Counted from the first letter of the stretch, positions 50,034-60,730 are shown. The stretch is DNA of 64,000 bases from an uncultured Thermoleophilia bacterium (GCA_963799575.1 CAWCXK010000009.1:93890-157889); one strand, 5' to 3'. A program made the numbers and translations. Notes: a model not told the origin generated them from the letters alone.

Positions 50034-50713
50034 GCGAGCCCGACTACATCGCCACTCCGCTCGAGTACGACCGCCCGTCGGCCGACGAGTGCGTTTCGGC
50101 GTCGCGCGCGTTCCTCGAGCTGATGCGCCGCCGACGATCGGTGCGCACGTTCTCGTCCGACCCGGTGCCCTTCGAGGTGGTCAGCAACGCGATCGAGACC
50201 GCAGGGACGGCGCCGTCGGGAGCGCACCAGCAACCCTGGACCTTCGTAGTCGTCTCAGACCCCGAGCTGAAACGGGCGATCCGAACCGCGGCCGAGGAGG
50301 AGGAGCGGCGTAGCTACGAGGGCAGGATGAGCCCCGAGTGGATTGCCGCCCTGCGGAAGCTCGGCACCGACTGGCGCAAGCCGCACATCGAGGAAGCTCC
50401 GCACCTGATCGTCGTGTTCGAGCAGGCCTACGGGCTCGCCGACGGCGGAGAGAAGCAGAAGCACTACTACGTGCGCGAGTCCGTCGGAATCGCAGTCGGG
50501 TTCCTGCTCGCGGCTCTCCACGCGGCGGGGTTAGCGACGCTGACCCACACACCGTCGCCGATGGGCTTCCTCCAGCAGCTCCTCGGCCGGCCGGCGAACG
50601 AGCGCGCCTTCGTCCTGATCCCCGTCGGCTACCCGGCGGAAGGGTGCACGGTGCCCCGGCTCGTGCGCAAGCCGCTGGACGAGATCCTGATCCACGACGC
50701 CGCGCAGCCCTGA
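50030..50713 (+). CDS. Nitroreductase-family protein, iodotyrosine-deiodinase-like
   Basis: RRSVR, TAPSGAHQQPW, AAEEEERRSY, LGTDWRKP, YYVRESVGIA, LTHTP. Confidence 0.85.
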   Translation: MSEPDYIATPLEYDRPSADECVSASRAFLELMRRRRSVRTFSSDPVPFEVVSNAIETAGTAPSGAHQQPWTFVVVSDPELKRAIRTAAEEEERRSYEGRMSPEWIAALRKLGTDWRKPHIEEAPHLIVVFEQAYGLADGGEKQKHYYVRESVGIAVGFLLAALHAAGLATLTHTPSPMGFLQQLLGRPANERAFVLIPVGYPAEGCTVPRLVRKPLDEILIHDAAQP

Positions 50714-50746
50714 CGCGAGCCGAGCGCTCTCTTCGCGCGTAGCCGA

Positions 50747-51511
50747 ATGCGTTACGGTCAACCCGTGGAGCGAGGGGTCGTGCTGGTCACAGGTGGGAGT
50801 CGCGGGATCGGTGCCGCCGTGGCGCGCGCTGCCGCGGCCAGGGGCTGGGCCGTCTGCCTCACCTACAACGACGACGCAGCGGCGGGAGCGGCCGTCGTCG
50901 CCGAGATCGAAGGGGCGGGCGGTACGGCAAGCGCTGTGCGGGCCGACATCTCGGTCGAGGCGGACGTGCTCGCCGCCTTCGCCGCGGCGGAGGCGATGGG
51001 GCCGCTGACCGCCCTCGTTGCGAACGCGGGCATCGCCGGCGAGAAGGCGCGCGTCGATGAGCTCACCGTGGAGCGGATCGAGCGGATGCTGGCCGTGAAC
51101 GTGCTCGGGACGCTCGTCTGCTGCCGGGAGGCCGTGCGGCGGCTCTCGACCCGGCACGGAGGGACGGGTGGCTCGATCGTTCTGCTGTCATCGGCAGCTT
51201 CCCGGCTGGGCGCTCCCAACGAGTACGTCGACTACGCCGCCACCAAGGGCGCGGTCGACTCGCTGGGCGTTGGCCTCGCGAAGGAGGTCGCAGGCGAGGG
51301 GGTGCGCGTCAACGTCGTCCGACCGGGAGTGATCGACACCGAGATCCACGCCCGCGGCGGGCAGCCGGACCGGATCGAGCGGATGCTGCCGCTGCTCCCG
51401 ATGGGCCGCGCAGGAGAGGCGGCGGAGATAGCCGACGCAGTCGTGTGGCTGCTCGGCGACGAGGCGTCGTATTGCACCGGCAGCATCCTCGACGTCACCG
51501 GCGGGCGCTGA
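50747..51511 (+). CDS. SDR-family oxidoreductase
   Basis: [16 protein letters not shown]. Confidence 0.9.
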   Translation: MRYGQPVERGVVLVTGGSRGIGAAVARAAAARGWAVCLTYNDDAAAGAAVVAEIEGAGGTASAVRADISVEADVLAAFAAAEAMGPLTALVANAGIAGEKARVDELTVERIERMLAVNVLGTLVCCREAVRRLSTRHGGTGGSIVLLSSAASRLGAPNEYVDYAATKGAVDSLGVGLAKEVAGEGVRVNVVRPGVIDTEIHARGGQPDRIERMLPLLPMGRAGEAAEIADAVVWLLGDEASYCTGSILDVTGGR

Positions 51512-51516
51512 CCGCG

Positions 51517-52767
51517 ATGCCGGGGGATGTCCTCGAGGGCGAAGCGCTGGACGCGTTCCTCGTCTCGCCCTCCTTCCTCGCCGAGCCCTACGAGACCCTG
51601 CGCCAGCTGCGCGAGGACGACCCCGTGCACTGGAGCGACTCCGTCGGCGGCTGGATCGTGACCCGCTACGACGACGTGCTGCGGACGTACCTCGAGGTCG
51701 ACACGTATTCCAACGAGGGCCGCCTGGCCCGGACGATGGATCACCTCCCGGACGTCCAGCGGGCCGAGCTCGGCGTCTTCGCCGACTTCTATCTAGCGAA
51801 GGGCCTCGTCCATGCCGACCCGCCCGACCACACGCGCATTCGCAGGCTGATCCTCAAGTGGGGCTTCACGACGGCCCAGGTCGAGGCGCTTCGCCCGAAC
51901 GTACGGCGCATCGTCGACGACCTGCTCGACCGGGTCGAGGCAGACCGGCGGATGGACGTGATCGAAGACCTCGCCTTCGTCCTACCCGTCACAGTCCTCT
52001 GCGACCTGCTCGGCGTCCCCCACTCCGACGGCCGCTTCTTCCGAGGTCTCGCCGACCGGCTGCTCGGCTTCCAGGGCCGCAACCGGCCCGACTTCGCGTC
52101 GCTCCTCGCAGCGCAGGACGCGATCCTCGAGCTTCGCGACTACCTCGCGGGCCAGGAAGAGCGCCTCCGCGATGGGGCGCTGACCGAGGACGGGCTCCTC
52201 GGCCGGATGATCGCGGCTCGGACGACGGGTGACGCGCTCACCGAGGACGAGCTCGTCAACACGATCGGCACGCTCCTGATCGCCGGCCACGAGACGACGA
52301 CGTCGCTCGTCGGCAACGGCCTGATGACACTCCTGAGCCACCCGGAGCAGTGGCAGGCCATGCGCGGGAACCCGACGCTGATCCCCGCTGCGATCGAGGA
52401 GATGCTGCGCTACGAAAGCCCGCTCACCCGCCAGCCGCGGCTCCTCAAGCGCGATGCGGAGCTCGGCGGCAAGGAGCTCCGTGCGGGGGAGACCGTGTTC
52501 CACATGATCAACGCCGCAAACCGCGATCCGGCCCAGTTCGACGACCCGGAGCGGTTCGACATCGAGCGGCCGAGCCGCCGCCACCTCGCGTTCGGGCAGG
52601 GCATCCACTTCTGCATCGGCGCCCCGCTCGCGCGGCTCGAGGCGCAGGTCGTGTTCGAGGCGATCATCGAGCGTCTGCCGGCGATTCGCCTCGTCGACGA
52701 GCATCCGCACTGGGCGGTCGGCAAGCCCACCGTCCGCATCCTGACGCAGCTGCCGGTCACGTTCTAA
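51517..52767 (+). CDS. Cytochrome P450
   Basis: [21 protein letters not shown]. Confidence 0.94.
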   Translation: MPGDVLEGEALDAFLVSPSFLAEPYETLRQLREDDPVHWSDSVGGWIVTRYDDVLRTYLEVDTYSNEGRLARTMDHLPDVQRAELGVFADFYLAKGLVHADPPDHTRIRRLILKWGFTTAQVEALRPNVRRIVDDLLDRVEADRRMDVIEDLAFVLPVTVLCDLLGVPHSDGRFFRGLADRLLGFQGRNRPDFASLLAAQDAILELRDYLAGQEERLRDGALTEDGLLGRMIAARTTGDALTEDELVNTIGTLLIAGHETTTSLVGNGLMTLLSHPEQWQAMRGNPTLIPAAIEEMLRYESPLTRQPRLLKRDAELGGKELRAGETVFHMINAANRDPAQFDDPERFDIERPSRRHLAFGQGIHFCIGAPLARLEAQVVFEAIIERLPAIRLVDEHPHWAVGKPTVRILTQLPVTF

Positions 52768-52792
52768 CTTTGTGTTGATTCAACACAAAGTT
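52766..52792. repeat. AT-rich palindrome, copy 3 (perfect): AACTTTGTGTTGA-T-TCAACACAAAGTT
   Basis: 13-bp perfect arms between convergent P450 and SDR stops. Confidence 0.92.
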
Positions 52793-52800
52793 CGTCCGCG

Positions 52801-53625
52801 TTAGTTGTCTCGCGTCTCGTTGCCCGCGAGGAACGACGCCCCGCCCTGCCCCGATACGAAGCTCTTCTCTGCGAGGAAGCCGCCGTCCACGGGCAGAGCG
52901 ACGCCGCTCAGGTAGCCAGACTGGTCGCTCGCGAGGAACAGCGCCGCCTGCGCGACGTCGGCGGCGTTGCCGTAGCGCGCGAGCGGTACCGAGACGGCGA
53001 TCTCCTGTTCGAAGGTGTCGTCCGAGAAGTACTGCTCGGTCATCGGCGTCCGGATCACGCCGGGGCAGAGCGCGTTGACGCGAATCCCGTCCGGGCCGAG
53101 GTCCCGCGCGAGGCTCTTCGTGAGGCCGACGATCGCGTGCTTCGACGCCGTGTAGGCGGGCCGGTGGGAGAGCCCGATCAGGCCGCCCACGGACGAGAGG
53201 TTGACGATGCTGCCGCCACCTCCGTCGCGCATCCGGCGAGCGACCGACTGGCAGCAGTAGAACGTGCCGCTGAGGTTGATCGCGATCACGTTCTCCCACT
53301 CCTCCGAAGGCATCGTGTAGACGTCGCCGATCTCGCGCACCCCGGCGCAGTTGACGAGGATGTCGATGCGGCCGGTCAGGTCGACGACGCTCTGCACGGC
53401 GGCCTCGACGGCGGCCGGATCGCGAACATCGCCCTCGACGAAGAGATGCGATCCGCACCCCGACCGCTCCGCCCGAGGGCGCCGAGGAGCTCGTCGGCCG
53501 TCGCCCGCGCGCGAGCGGTCGAACGCCGCGATCCGTGCCCCCTCACGGGCGAATAGCTGCGCGATCTCCCGCCCGATGCCGCTTCCGGCACCCGTCACGA
53601 ACGCGACCCGGTCCTCGAGCAGCAT
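52801..53625 (-). CDS. SDR-family oxidoreductase
   Basis: TGAGSGIG, NCAG, YTASK; segment ~53450-53520 reads better in another frame (possible compensating indels). Confidence 0.88.
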   Translation of the reverse strand: MLLEDRVAFVTGAGSGIGREIAQLFAREGARIAAFDRSRAGDGRRAPRRPRAERSGCGSHLFVEGDVRDPAAVEAAVQSVVDLTGRIDILVNCAGVREIGDVYTMPSEEWENVIAINLSGTFYCCQSVARRMRDGGGGSIVNLSSVGGLIGLSHRPAYTASKHAIVGLTKSLARDLGPDGIRVNALCPGVIRTPMTEQYFSDDTFEQEIAVSVPLARYGNAADVAQAALFLASDQSGYLSGVALPVDGGFLAEKSFVSGQGGASFLAGNETRDN

Positions 53626-53679
53626 GCACTCCTCCTGTTCTCTCTCGACGGCGGTGGCTCCCCGAGTAGCATCGCGCAT

Positions 53680-54174
53680 ATGGACGAAGCCGTCTCGACG
53701 AATGCGCCGTGGGAGATCGAGGGCGCGCGGCACGGAGGCATCACCGTCTCCGACCTCGACCGCTCGCTCGAGTTCTACGTCGACCTCGTGGGCCTCGAGC
53801 TCGTGTGGCGCCGGGTGTACGAGAGCGACGCAATCCGCGAGATCACCGGCGTCACCGATGCGACCTCGGTCGACATCGCGATGCTGAACATCCCGGGCGG
53901 CGGCGCCCAGGTCGAGCTCCTCGAGTACCGGGGCTGCGAGCGGACGTCGGGGAGCACGCCGCCGAGCGACTACGGCACGGGCCACTTCTGCGTGTTCGTG
54001 CGTGACATCGAGGCCTGCCACGCCGAGCTCGCCGCGCACGGCGTTCGCTTCCGCTCGAACGGTCCGGTCGAGATGCGGGAGGGACCGAACACCGGTGGTA
54101 AGAGCCTGTACGGCATCGACCCGGACGGCTACATCTTCGAGTTCCACGAGCGCCCGCCGCATGTCGCTGCCTGA
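53680..54174 (+). CDS. VOC/glyoxalase-family protein
   Basis: HGGITVSDLDRSLEFY, VELLEY, HFC, DPDGYIFE. Confidence 0.85.
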   Translation: MDEAVSTNAPWEIEGARHGGITVSDLDRSLEFYVDLVGLELVWRRVYESDAIREITGVTDATSVDIAMLNIPGGGAQVELLEYRGCERTSGSTPPSDYGTGHFCVFVRDIEACHAELAAHGVRFRSNGPVEMREGPNTGGKSLYGIDPDGYIFEFHERPPHVAA

Positions 54175-56173
54175 GGTCGCGGGCGCGTCCGCCGCACGGC
54201 CGGCCGACCGGCCACCGCTGATCGACCAGTTTCGCCTGATGCTCCTGATCCGCTCCTTCGAGGAGCGCGCGGCGGCGCTGTTCGAGCAGGGAGTGATCTT
54301 CGGCACGGCGCACAGCTGCGTCGGACAGGAGGCGATCGCCGTCGGCGCAGCGGGGGTGATGCGCGAGACCGACACTCTCGTCGGCCATCACCGCTCGCAC
54401 GGCCACCTGATCGCAGCCGGCGCCGACCTGCATCGGATGATGGCCGAGATGTTCGGCAAGCGCACGGGCTACTGCAAGGGGCTCGGCGGCTCGATGCACA
54501 TCGCCGACCTGTCGCTCGACATCCTCGGCTGCAACGGCATCGTCGGGGCCGGGCTCCCTCATGCCTGCGGCGCCGCGCTGACGGCCACCCTTCGCGGAAC
54601 CGACCAGGCGACGCTCGCCTTCTTCGGCGACGGGGCGGCCGGACAGGGCGCCACGCACGAGAGCATGAACCTCGCCGCGACCTGGAGGCTGCCGGTCGTG
54701 TTCATCTGCGAGAACAACCAGTTCGCGCTGTCCGCCGACTGGCGCACGCAACGTGCGGTCGAGGATCTCGCCGACCGCGCCGCCGGCTACGGCATGCCCG
54801 GCGAGGTCGTCGACGGCAACGACGTGCTCGCGGTCGAGGACGCGGTTGGCCGGGCGCTCGATCTCGCCCGCAGCGGCGGCGGCCCGACCTTCCTCGAGAT
54901 GAAGACGTTCAGGCGGATGCAGCACTCGATGCGCGCGAACCTGCCCGACGTCCGCGACCGCGCGGTGATCGACGAGTGGGAGCCGAAGGACCCGGTGCCG
55001 CGATTCGAGGCGCTCCTCCGCGAGGCAGGAGAGCTCGACGACGACCGAGCGGCTGCGATCCGCGCCGAGGTCGACGCCCAGGTCGAGGCCGCCGTGACTG
55101 CCGGCCTCGCCGACGAGGATGCAACGGTCGACGACCTGCTGCCCGCCGTCTTTGCCCCCCATCGAAGCTATCCGGTCGCACCCGCTGCAGGTGACCGCGA
55201 GCTCTCGTTCATGGGAGCGATCCGCGAGGCTCTCGATCTCGAGCTCGCCGGCGACCCCGACGTGATCGTGATGGGCGAGGACGTGGGTCGCATCGGCGGG
55301 CTGTTCCGGGCGACGGAGGACCTGTACGAGCGTTACGGCGCCGAGCGCATCCGGGACACGCCGTTGACCGAGAGCGGCTTCGTCGGCTGCGGCATCGGCG
55401 CCGCGCTGACCGGGCTCCGACCCGTCGTCGAGCTTCAGTTCTCCGACTTCGCGGGGGTCGCGTTCGACCAGATCCTCAACCAGGCGGCGAAGCTGCGGTT
55501 CATGATGGGCGGAACGCCGAGCATGCCGCTCGTGCTCCGCATGGCCTCGGGTGGCGGCGTGCGCCTCGGCGCCCAGCACTCACAGAGCCTCGAGGCGCTG
55601 TTCTCTCACATTCCCGGGCTCGTCGTCGTGATGCCGTCGAACCCGTTCGATGCCAAGGGTCTCCTTGCCGCGGCGATCCAGGACGACAACCCGGTGATCT
55701 TCCTCGAGCAGAAGCTCCTCTTCTTCGGCGACGCCGTGCCCGTGCCGGAGGAGCGCTACGCGATCGAGCTCGGCACGGCGAGCGTCGTGCGCGAGGGCAG
55801 CGACGTCACGATCGTGGCGCTCGGGGCGATGGTCCCGCACGCCCTCCGCGTCGCGCGGGAGCTCGAGGCGGAGGCGATCGCCGTCGAGGTGATCGATCCC
55901 CGCACGCTCGTGCCGCTCGACACCGAGACGATCGCGGCTTCGATCGCGAAGACGAACCGGGCGGTCGTCGTCCACGAGGCGGTGCAGTTCTGCGGCTACG
56001 GAGCGGAGGTCGCTGCCCACATCTCGGAGCACTGCTTCTGGGATCTCGACGCACCCGTCACACGGATCGGTGCCCCGTCGCACCCGATGCCGTACCAGAA
56101 GGATCTGGAGCTCGCGACGCTGCCTGGCCCGGCCCAGATCGCCACGGCCGTCCGCTCGCTCGTCCGGCCGTAG
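54161..56173 (+). CDS. TPP-dependent 2-oxoacid/acetoin dehydrogenase E1, fused alpha-beta
   Basis: GGSMH, GDGAAGQG...ENN TPP motif; GEDVG, DTPLTE, AQHSQ in the beta part. Confidence 0.9.
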   Translation: MSLPEVAGASAARPADRPPLIDQFRLMLLIRSFEERAAALFEQGVIFGTAHSCVGQEAIAVGAAGVMRETDTLVGHHRSHGHLIAAGADLHRMMAEMFGKRTGYCKGLGGSMHIADLSLDILGCNGIVGAGLPHACGAALTATLRGTDQATLAFFGDGAAGQGATHESMNLAATWRLPVVFICENNQFALSADWRTQRAVEDLADRAAGYGMPGEVVDGNDVLAVEDAVGRALDLARSGGGPTFLEMKTFRRMQHSMRANLPDVRDRAVIDEWEPKDPVPRFEALLREAGELDDDRAAAIRAEVDAQVEAAVTAGLADEDATVDDLLPAVFAPHRSYPVAPAAGDRELSFMGAIREALDLELAGDPDVIVMGEDVGRIGGLFRATEDLYERYGAERIRDTPLTESGFVGCGIGAALTGLRPVVELQFSDFAGVAFDQILNQAAKLRFMMGGTPSMPLVLRMASGGGVRLGAQHSQSLEALFSHIPGLVVVMPSNPFDAKGLLAAAIQDDNPVIFLEQKLLFFGDAVPVPEERYAIELGTASVVREGSDVTIVALGAMVPHALRVARELEAEAIAVEVIDPRTLVPLDTETIAASIAKTNRAVVVHEAVQFCGYGAEVAAHISEHCFWDLDAPVTRIGAPSHPMPYQKDLELATLPGPAQIATAVRSLVRP

Positions 56174-56190
56174 CGTCTGGCGCGGCGCGT

Positions 56191-57363
56191 CTACCAGTCG
56201 CCGACGCTGCCGTCCGCGTAGAAGACCCGCTGTGGCAGCTCCGGCTGGAACGGATGCTTCGCGACGACGTCCAGGTCGATCTCGATCCCGAGCCCGGGCC
56301 GGTCGGTCGCCCGGGCGAGCATGCCCTTGCGATCGATCGGGTGCGACTCGCTCGCGACCTCGTCGCGCCACGGGACGTCGGAGGTGACCGCCTCGCAGAT
56401 GATGTACGACGGCGTCGCGAGACCGAGCTCGATCGAGGCAGCCGTTGAGACCGGCCCTTGCGGGTTGTGCGGCGCGAGCGCGACCCGGTGGATCTCGGCG
56501 AGAGCGGCGATTCGCCGAACCTCTGTGAGCCCGCCGCAGTGCGTGATGTCGGGCTGGATCACGCTGCAGGCGCCTTTCGTCAGGAGCTCGTTGAACGGCG
56601 CCGCTCCGACGAGGCGCTCGCCGGTTGCGATCGGCGTCCGCACGGCCCGCTGGATCGCGGCGATGTCATCGACGCGCTCCGGCCAGCACGGCTCCTCGAA
56701 CCAGAAGAGGTCGAACTGCTCGAGTGCGGCGGCGAACAGGTGCCCCATGCGCGGGCTCGGCCGGGCGTGGCAGTCGACCATGATGTCGATCTCGTCACCG
56801 ACGGCATCCCGCATCGCCGCGACGCACCGCTCGGCATGACGCACCGGGGCGAGCCCCTCGAGCGGCATCGTCGGCGGCACGGCCATCGACTTGAACGCGG
56901 TGAAGCCGTTCTCGACCATGCCGGCCGCGAGCTCGCCGAACCGCTGCGGCTCGCTGCTCTCGTAGAAGTCCTCCATCTTGCCCTCGCCGAGGTGGCCGTA
57001 GAGGCGGACGTGATCGCGCACCGGCCCACCCCAGAGCTTGTGACACGGGACGCCGTGCACCTTGCCGAGGAGATCCCAGAGCGCGATGTCGATGCCGCTC
57101 ATCGCCGTGCCGCGAACGATGTCGTTGCCGTGCCAGAAATGCTGGCGGAACATCATCTGCCAGAGGTGCTCGATCCTCGTCGGATCCTCGCCGACGATCA
57201 GCTCGGCCAGATCCTCGACGGCACCGACGATCGCCCTGGTGTGCCACTCGAGCGTCGCCTCGCCCCAGCCGTAGAGGCCGTCCTCGTCGGTGACGACCCG
57301 CACGAACACCCAGTTGCGCATGCGCGCATTGCAGACGTGCGCCTCGACGGCTGTGATCTTCAC
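56191..57363 (-). CDS. dgoD: Galactonate-dehydratase-like enolase-superfamily protein
   Basis: [37 protein letters not shown]; substrate inferred. Confidence 0.75.
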   Translation of the reverse strand: MKITAVEAHVCNARMRNWVFVRVVTDEDGLYGWGEATLEWHTRAIVGAVEDLAELIVGEDPTRIEHLWQMMFRQHFWHGNDIVRGTAMSGIDIALWDLLGKVHGVPCHKLWGGPVRDHVRLYGHLGEGKMEDFYESSEPQRFGELAAGMVENGFTAFKSMAVPPTMPLEGLAPVRHAERCVAAMRDAVGDEIDIMVDCHARPSPRMGHLFAAALEQFDLFWFEEPCWPERVDDIAAIQRAVRTPIATGERLVGAAPFNELLTKGACSVIQPDITHCGGLTEVRRIAALAEIHRVALAPHNPQGPVSTAASIELGLATPSYIICEAVTSDVPWRDEVASESHPIDRKGMLARATDRPGLGIEIDLDVVAKHPFQPELPQRVFYADGSVGDW

Positions 57364-58740
57364 GCCGCGCCCCTGAGGCCGTCGAGCAGCTCGACGCTCG
57401 CATCGATCAGGTGTTCCATCTCGCTCCCGTCGACGTTCGTGTTGGTGATGCCATAGGCCCAGCGATAGGCGTCCTGGTCGAGGATGTCGTCCAGCGAGAC
57501 GTCGGCGACGAGGTCAATGTCCTCCGGCGGAGCGAAGTAGCCGGCGTAGTCGTTCGTGTAGCCGAGCGTCAGTGTCTGGGCGAATGGGCTCCGCGAGCGG
57601 ATCGTCGCGCCCGGCGTGTTGAAGAGCTCGAACGGGTTCGAGACGATCGCCGCGTCGCCGATCGCGAGCGCCTGCACCTCGGCCTCGACCGGAACGTCGG
57701 CCCGCTCGATCATGTCCTTGTAGAAGGCGAGCGCGGTTCGCTCGTACAGCGGCGGGTACTGCTGCGCCGAGGTCGCCGTGTGGACGGACTCGTCCCAGGC
57801 CTCGGGAAAGTCGGGCGCCGGGAGGGCCTCGAGCGCGGCGAGGCGCGCATCGATGTCCTCGAGCGCGTAGGGGTGCCGCCGGCGCTGCAGCTCGAGGCGC
57901 GTCGAGGCCGCGCCGAGCCGCACGTCCGCGCTCGTCTCGACCGAGCCCAGGGCCTCCACGGTCGCAGCGGCGACCGCCTCCCCGAGCTCGTCGCGCCGCT
58001 CGTAGGAGTGGCGCGATGCCTCCCAGTTGCCGAACCAGTAGTCCCAGCCGGCGACGTCGCCACCGCAGCCCGAGAGGAAGACGCATTCCGCGCCCAGGCG
58101 CTCCCGCTCGACTGCGGCGCGCAGCGGACCGGGAAAGTCTGCGTTCCAGAGCAGCGTGTGCCCACCCATCAGGGTCGGGTGGCACGCGAAGCTCGTCACC
58201 ACCGCGAGCGGCGTTCCGTCCGCCCGGTCGACTGACAGCACGCCGACCGTGGTGTCGACCGGGCGCTCGGGCACGACCCGGTTGACGGTGATTCCCGGCG
58301 CCGACCCCGAAGCCGGCGCCGACCCGGGCCGCCTCGCGCGAGCGCCAGGCGGCATAGACGACGCCCGCGATCGTCTCCGGCAGCAGCTCGACGTAGTGGG
58401 CGAACGCAGGGGCGTCCTTCAAGCCGACGACGCTGCTGCCGCGCGAGAGGCTCGGCGCGCTGTGGTTGTGCGCCGCGTTGACCATTACCGCGTGGGGTGG
58501 GATCCCGGTCAGCTCCTGCACGCGGGCGCGCACCGCGGCGGTGAGGCCCGCGCCGGCGAAGACGAGGTCGATCGCCACGATCGCGATCGTCGTCGTGCCG
58601 TCGTCGAGGACGAGAGCCTGGGCGCGCAGGGGGTCGTGGATCCCCTCCGCGAGACCGGTGCGGGCGGCCCAGCATCCATGGGGCAGGCCGCAGGGCGGCG
58701 TGATGTCGGCGCGTGCCACGCCGGCCTTCAGATCGTTCAC
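57360..58740 (-). CDS. Neutral/alkaline ceramidase-like amidohydrolase (one +1 frameshift at ~58305)
   Basis: [33 protein letters not shown]; span 1381 bp = 3n+1, extra base in a G4 run. Confidence 0.75.
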
Positions 58741-58756
58741 CGTGTCTCACTCCCTC

Positions 58757-59653
58757 TCATACTCGGATGGTCAGCTCGTCGTAGGTCTCGGGTCGGCGTT
58801 TCTTGAGCGCGAACCACGGGTTCTCGCGGGCGCGCTCGAGTCGCTCGGGGTCGAGCTCGACCCCGATCCAGGCGTTCTCCGTCGACGGCTCGGACCGCGC
58901 GAGCATCGACCCGTCGGGGGCGAGGACGTAGGCACCGCCTACGTGGGTGCTGTGCCCGTCGTAACCGACCATGTCGGAGAACACCGCATACACGCCGTTG
59001 TCGCGGGCGAGGAGATCGTGGAGCCGCGGCGGGAACGGCCTGTCCTCGAGCAGCTCCTCCTGGGCCAGCAGTATCTTCTCGTCCCCCTCGTGGGTCGCGC
59101 GCCCGTCGAAGGTGAGCTCGCCGCCCCCAGCAGGCATCGTCCGGTTCGCGTGAGGGAGCAAGATCACGTCGGCGCCCTTGAGCGCGAGGATGCGCCAGCT
59201 CTCGAAGAAGTCGCTGTCGTGGCAGATGGCGGTGCCGACGGTGCAGAAGCCGAGATCGTAGACGTTCCACTCGTACGCCTGGCGGAAGCGGAAGAACTCG
59301 TCGTACGAGGCATGCACCTTGCGCTGGAGCCCGATCAGCCCGTCCGGGCCGACGAGCGCCGACGTGTTGTAGTGCGTGCCGCGGAAGCGCTCGCAGAATC
59401 CGTACGAGACAACGATCGCACACGCCTTTGCCTGTTTCCGGATCGTCTCGAAGATGCGGCCGTCGTGAGCCTCGGCGAATCGGGTCACCTCGACGCTGCC
59501 GTTGTTTCCCGTGGCCGATGTCTCCGGGAAGACGATCAGCCGGCAACCCGCCTCGGCCGCTTCCGCGATGAGCTTCAGGTGGATCTCCAGGTTGTGCTCG
59601 ACATCCGTGTGCCGGACGTCCACCTGAGTGGCGGCAACCTCGAAGCGCTCCAC
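58757..59653 (-). CDS. Carbon-nitrogen hydrolase (nitrilase superfamily)
   Basis: E-K-C triad: FPE, QRKVH, AICHD; RRPETY C-terminus. Confidence 0.9.
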   Translation of the reverse strand: MERFEVAATQVDVRHTDVEHNLEIHLKLIAEAAEAGCRLIVFPETSATGNNGSVEVTRFAEAHDGRIFETIRKQAKACAIVVSYGFCERFRGTHYNTSALVGPDGLIGLQRKVHASYDEFFRFRQAYEWNVYDLGFCTVGTAICHDSDFFESWRILALKGADVILLPHANRTMPAGGGELTFDGRATHEGDEKILLAQEELLEDRPFPPRLHDLLARDNGVYAVFSDMVGYDGHSTHVGGAYVLAPDGSMLARSEPSTENAWIGVELDPERLERARENPWFALKKRRPETYDELTIRV

Positions 59654-59655
59654 GG

Positions 59656-60678
59656 TCAGTCGAGCTCCGAGCGATCCGCCTCGCGCGCGACGACGACGAC
59701 GTTGTCGCCTTGCTCGGTTGTGGCGATCGCACGGACGACGCACACGATCCCGGCGGTCTTGGCCAGGATCACCTCGGGCTCCCGGTCGGGGCGCTCGAGG
59801 AAGTGGATACGGCCGACGGGCTCGCCCGCCTCGACCCGCTGGCCGAGGTCGACGACCGTTTCGAAGAGGCCGGACTCGGGCGCGAGGAGGTAGTTGTCGA
59901 GCTCGGTCGCCATCAGCAGCACCGGGGCGGACCGGCCGAGTGACGCGCGCGTCTGCACCTCGCCCTCGATTACGCCGAAGTGGCGGAGGACGTTCTGGAG
60001 ACCGCTGAGCGCGAGGCGGTGGATCTCGGCCGTGACGTGGCCGCCTCCCCCGAGCTCGGTGCTGACGACGATCTTGCCCTGCCGCTCGGCCTCGCCGACG
60101 AGCAGGCCTGTGCCCGCGATGTCGATGTAGACGCAGCACCAGTCGGTGTTCCAGTGGAGCATCCCGTCCACCATCTGCCGGCGCTGCTCGACGTCGTCGA
60201 CCCAGTGCATCTCCGACCAGGGCAGACAGAGGCCGGTGCGGCCGCCGGAGTGCATGTCGACGACGATGTCCGAGCGCGGAAACAGCTGGGTCGACAGAAA
60301 GTGTGCGAGCTGCTCGTCCGCCGGGCCTGTGGGCGAGCCGGGGAACGAGCGATTCATGTTCGCGCCCGACGGCCACAGGCGGGTGTAGGCGCGCGAGGCG
60401 TCGATCGACACGCACGGGATCACGATCACGCGGCCGTTGACGTGCTCCGGCTGCAGGTCGCGCGCGAGGTTGAGCGCGGCCACCTGACCCTCGGGCTCGT
60501 CGCCGTGGACGCCGCCGAGGACGATCGCCGTCGGGCCGTTGCCGTTTCCGACCGTGACGATCGGGACGTACTGGTTCGACCATCCACTCGCATTCGACGA
60601 CCGCGGAACCTGGAGCTTGCCGACCTGCTTCCCGGGCGCGTCGAGGTCGATCGTGCAGAGGATCGGAGAGTCGCTCAT
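59656..60678 (-). CDS. AstE/AspA-family Zn deacylase (DoeB-like)
   Basis: GGVHGDEPEG, NRSFPG, DMHSGG, TELGGGG. Confidence 0.9.
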   Translation of the reverse strand: MSDSPILCTIDLDAPGKQVGKLQVPRSSNASGWSNQYVPIVTVGNGNGPTAIVLGGVHGDEPEGQVAALNLARDLQPEHVNGRVIVIPCVSIDASRAYTRLWPSGANMNRSFPGSPTGPADEQLAHFLSTQLFPRSDIVVDMHSGGRTGLCLPWSEMHWVDDVEQRRQMVDGMLHWNTDWCCVYIDIAGTGLLVGEAERQGKIVVSTELGGGGHVTAEIHRLALSGLQNVLRHFGVIEGEVQTRASLGRSAPVLLMATELDNYLLAPESGLFETVVDLGQRVEAGEPVGRIHFLERPDREPEVILAKTAGIVCVVRAIATTEQGDNVVVVAREADRSELD

Positions 60679-60700
60679 GGCTGCCGCGCCATCCTAGTGG

Positions 60701-60730
60701 ATTGTTGACAATTTCGCTATAGTCGACAAT
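60701..60730. promoter_or_regulatory. Tandem palindromic operator ATTGTTGACAAT / ATAGTCGACAAT (GntR/FadR-like)
   Basis: Two near-palindromic 12-mers in the divergent promoter; the first contains TTGACA. Confidence 0.65.

Noticed and set aside
53852-55579. Long antisense ORF of 575 aa, and similar shadow ORFs throughout the window
   Set aside because: Overlap well-supported genes on the other strand or frame; expected in high-GC DNA; no motifs
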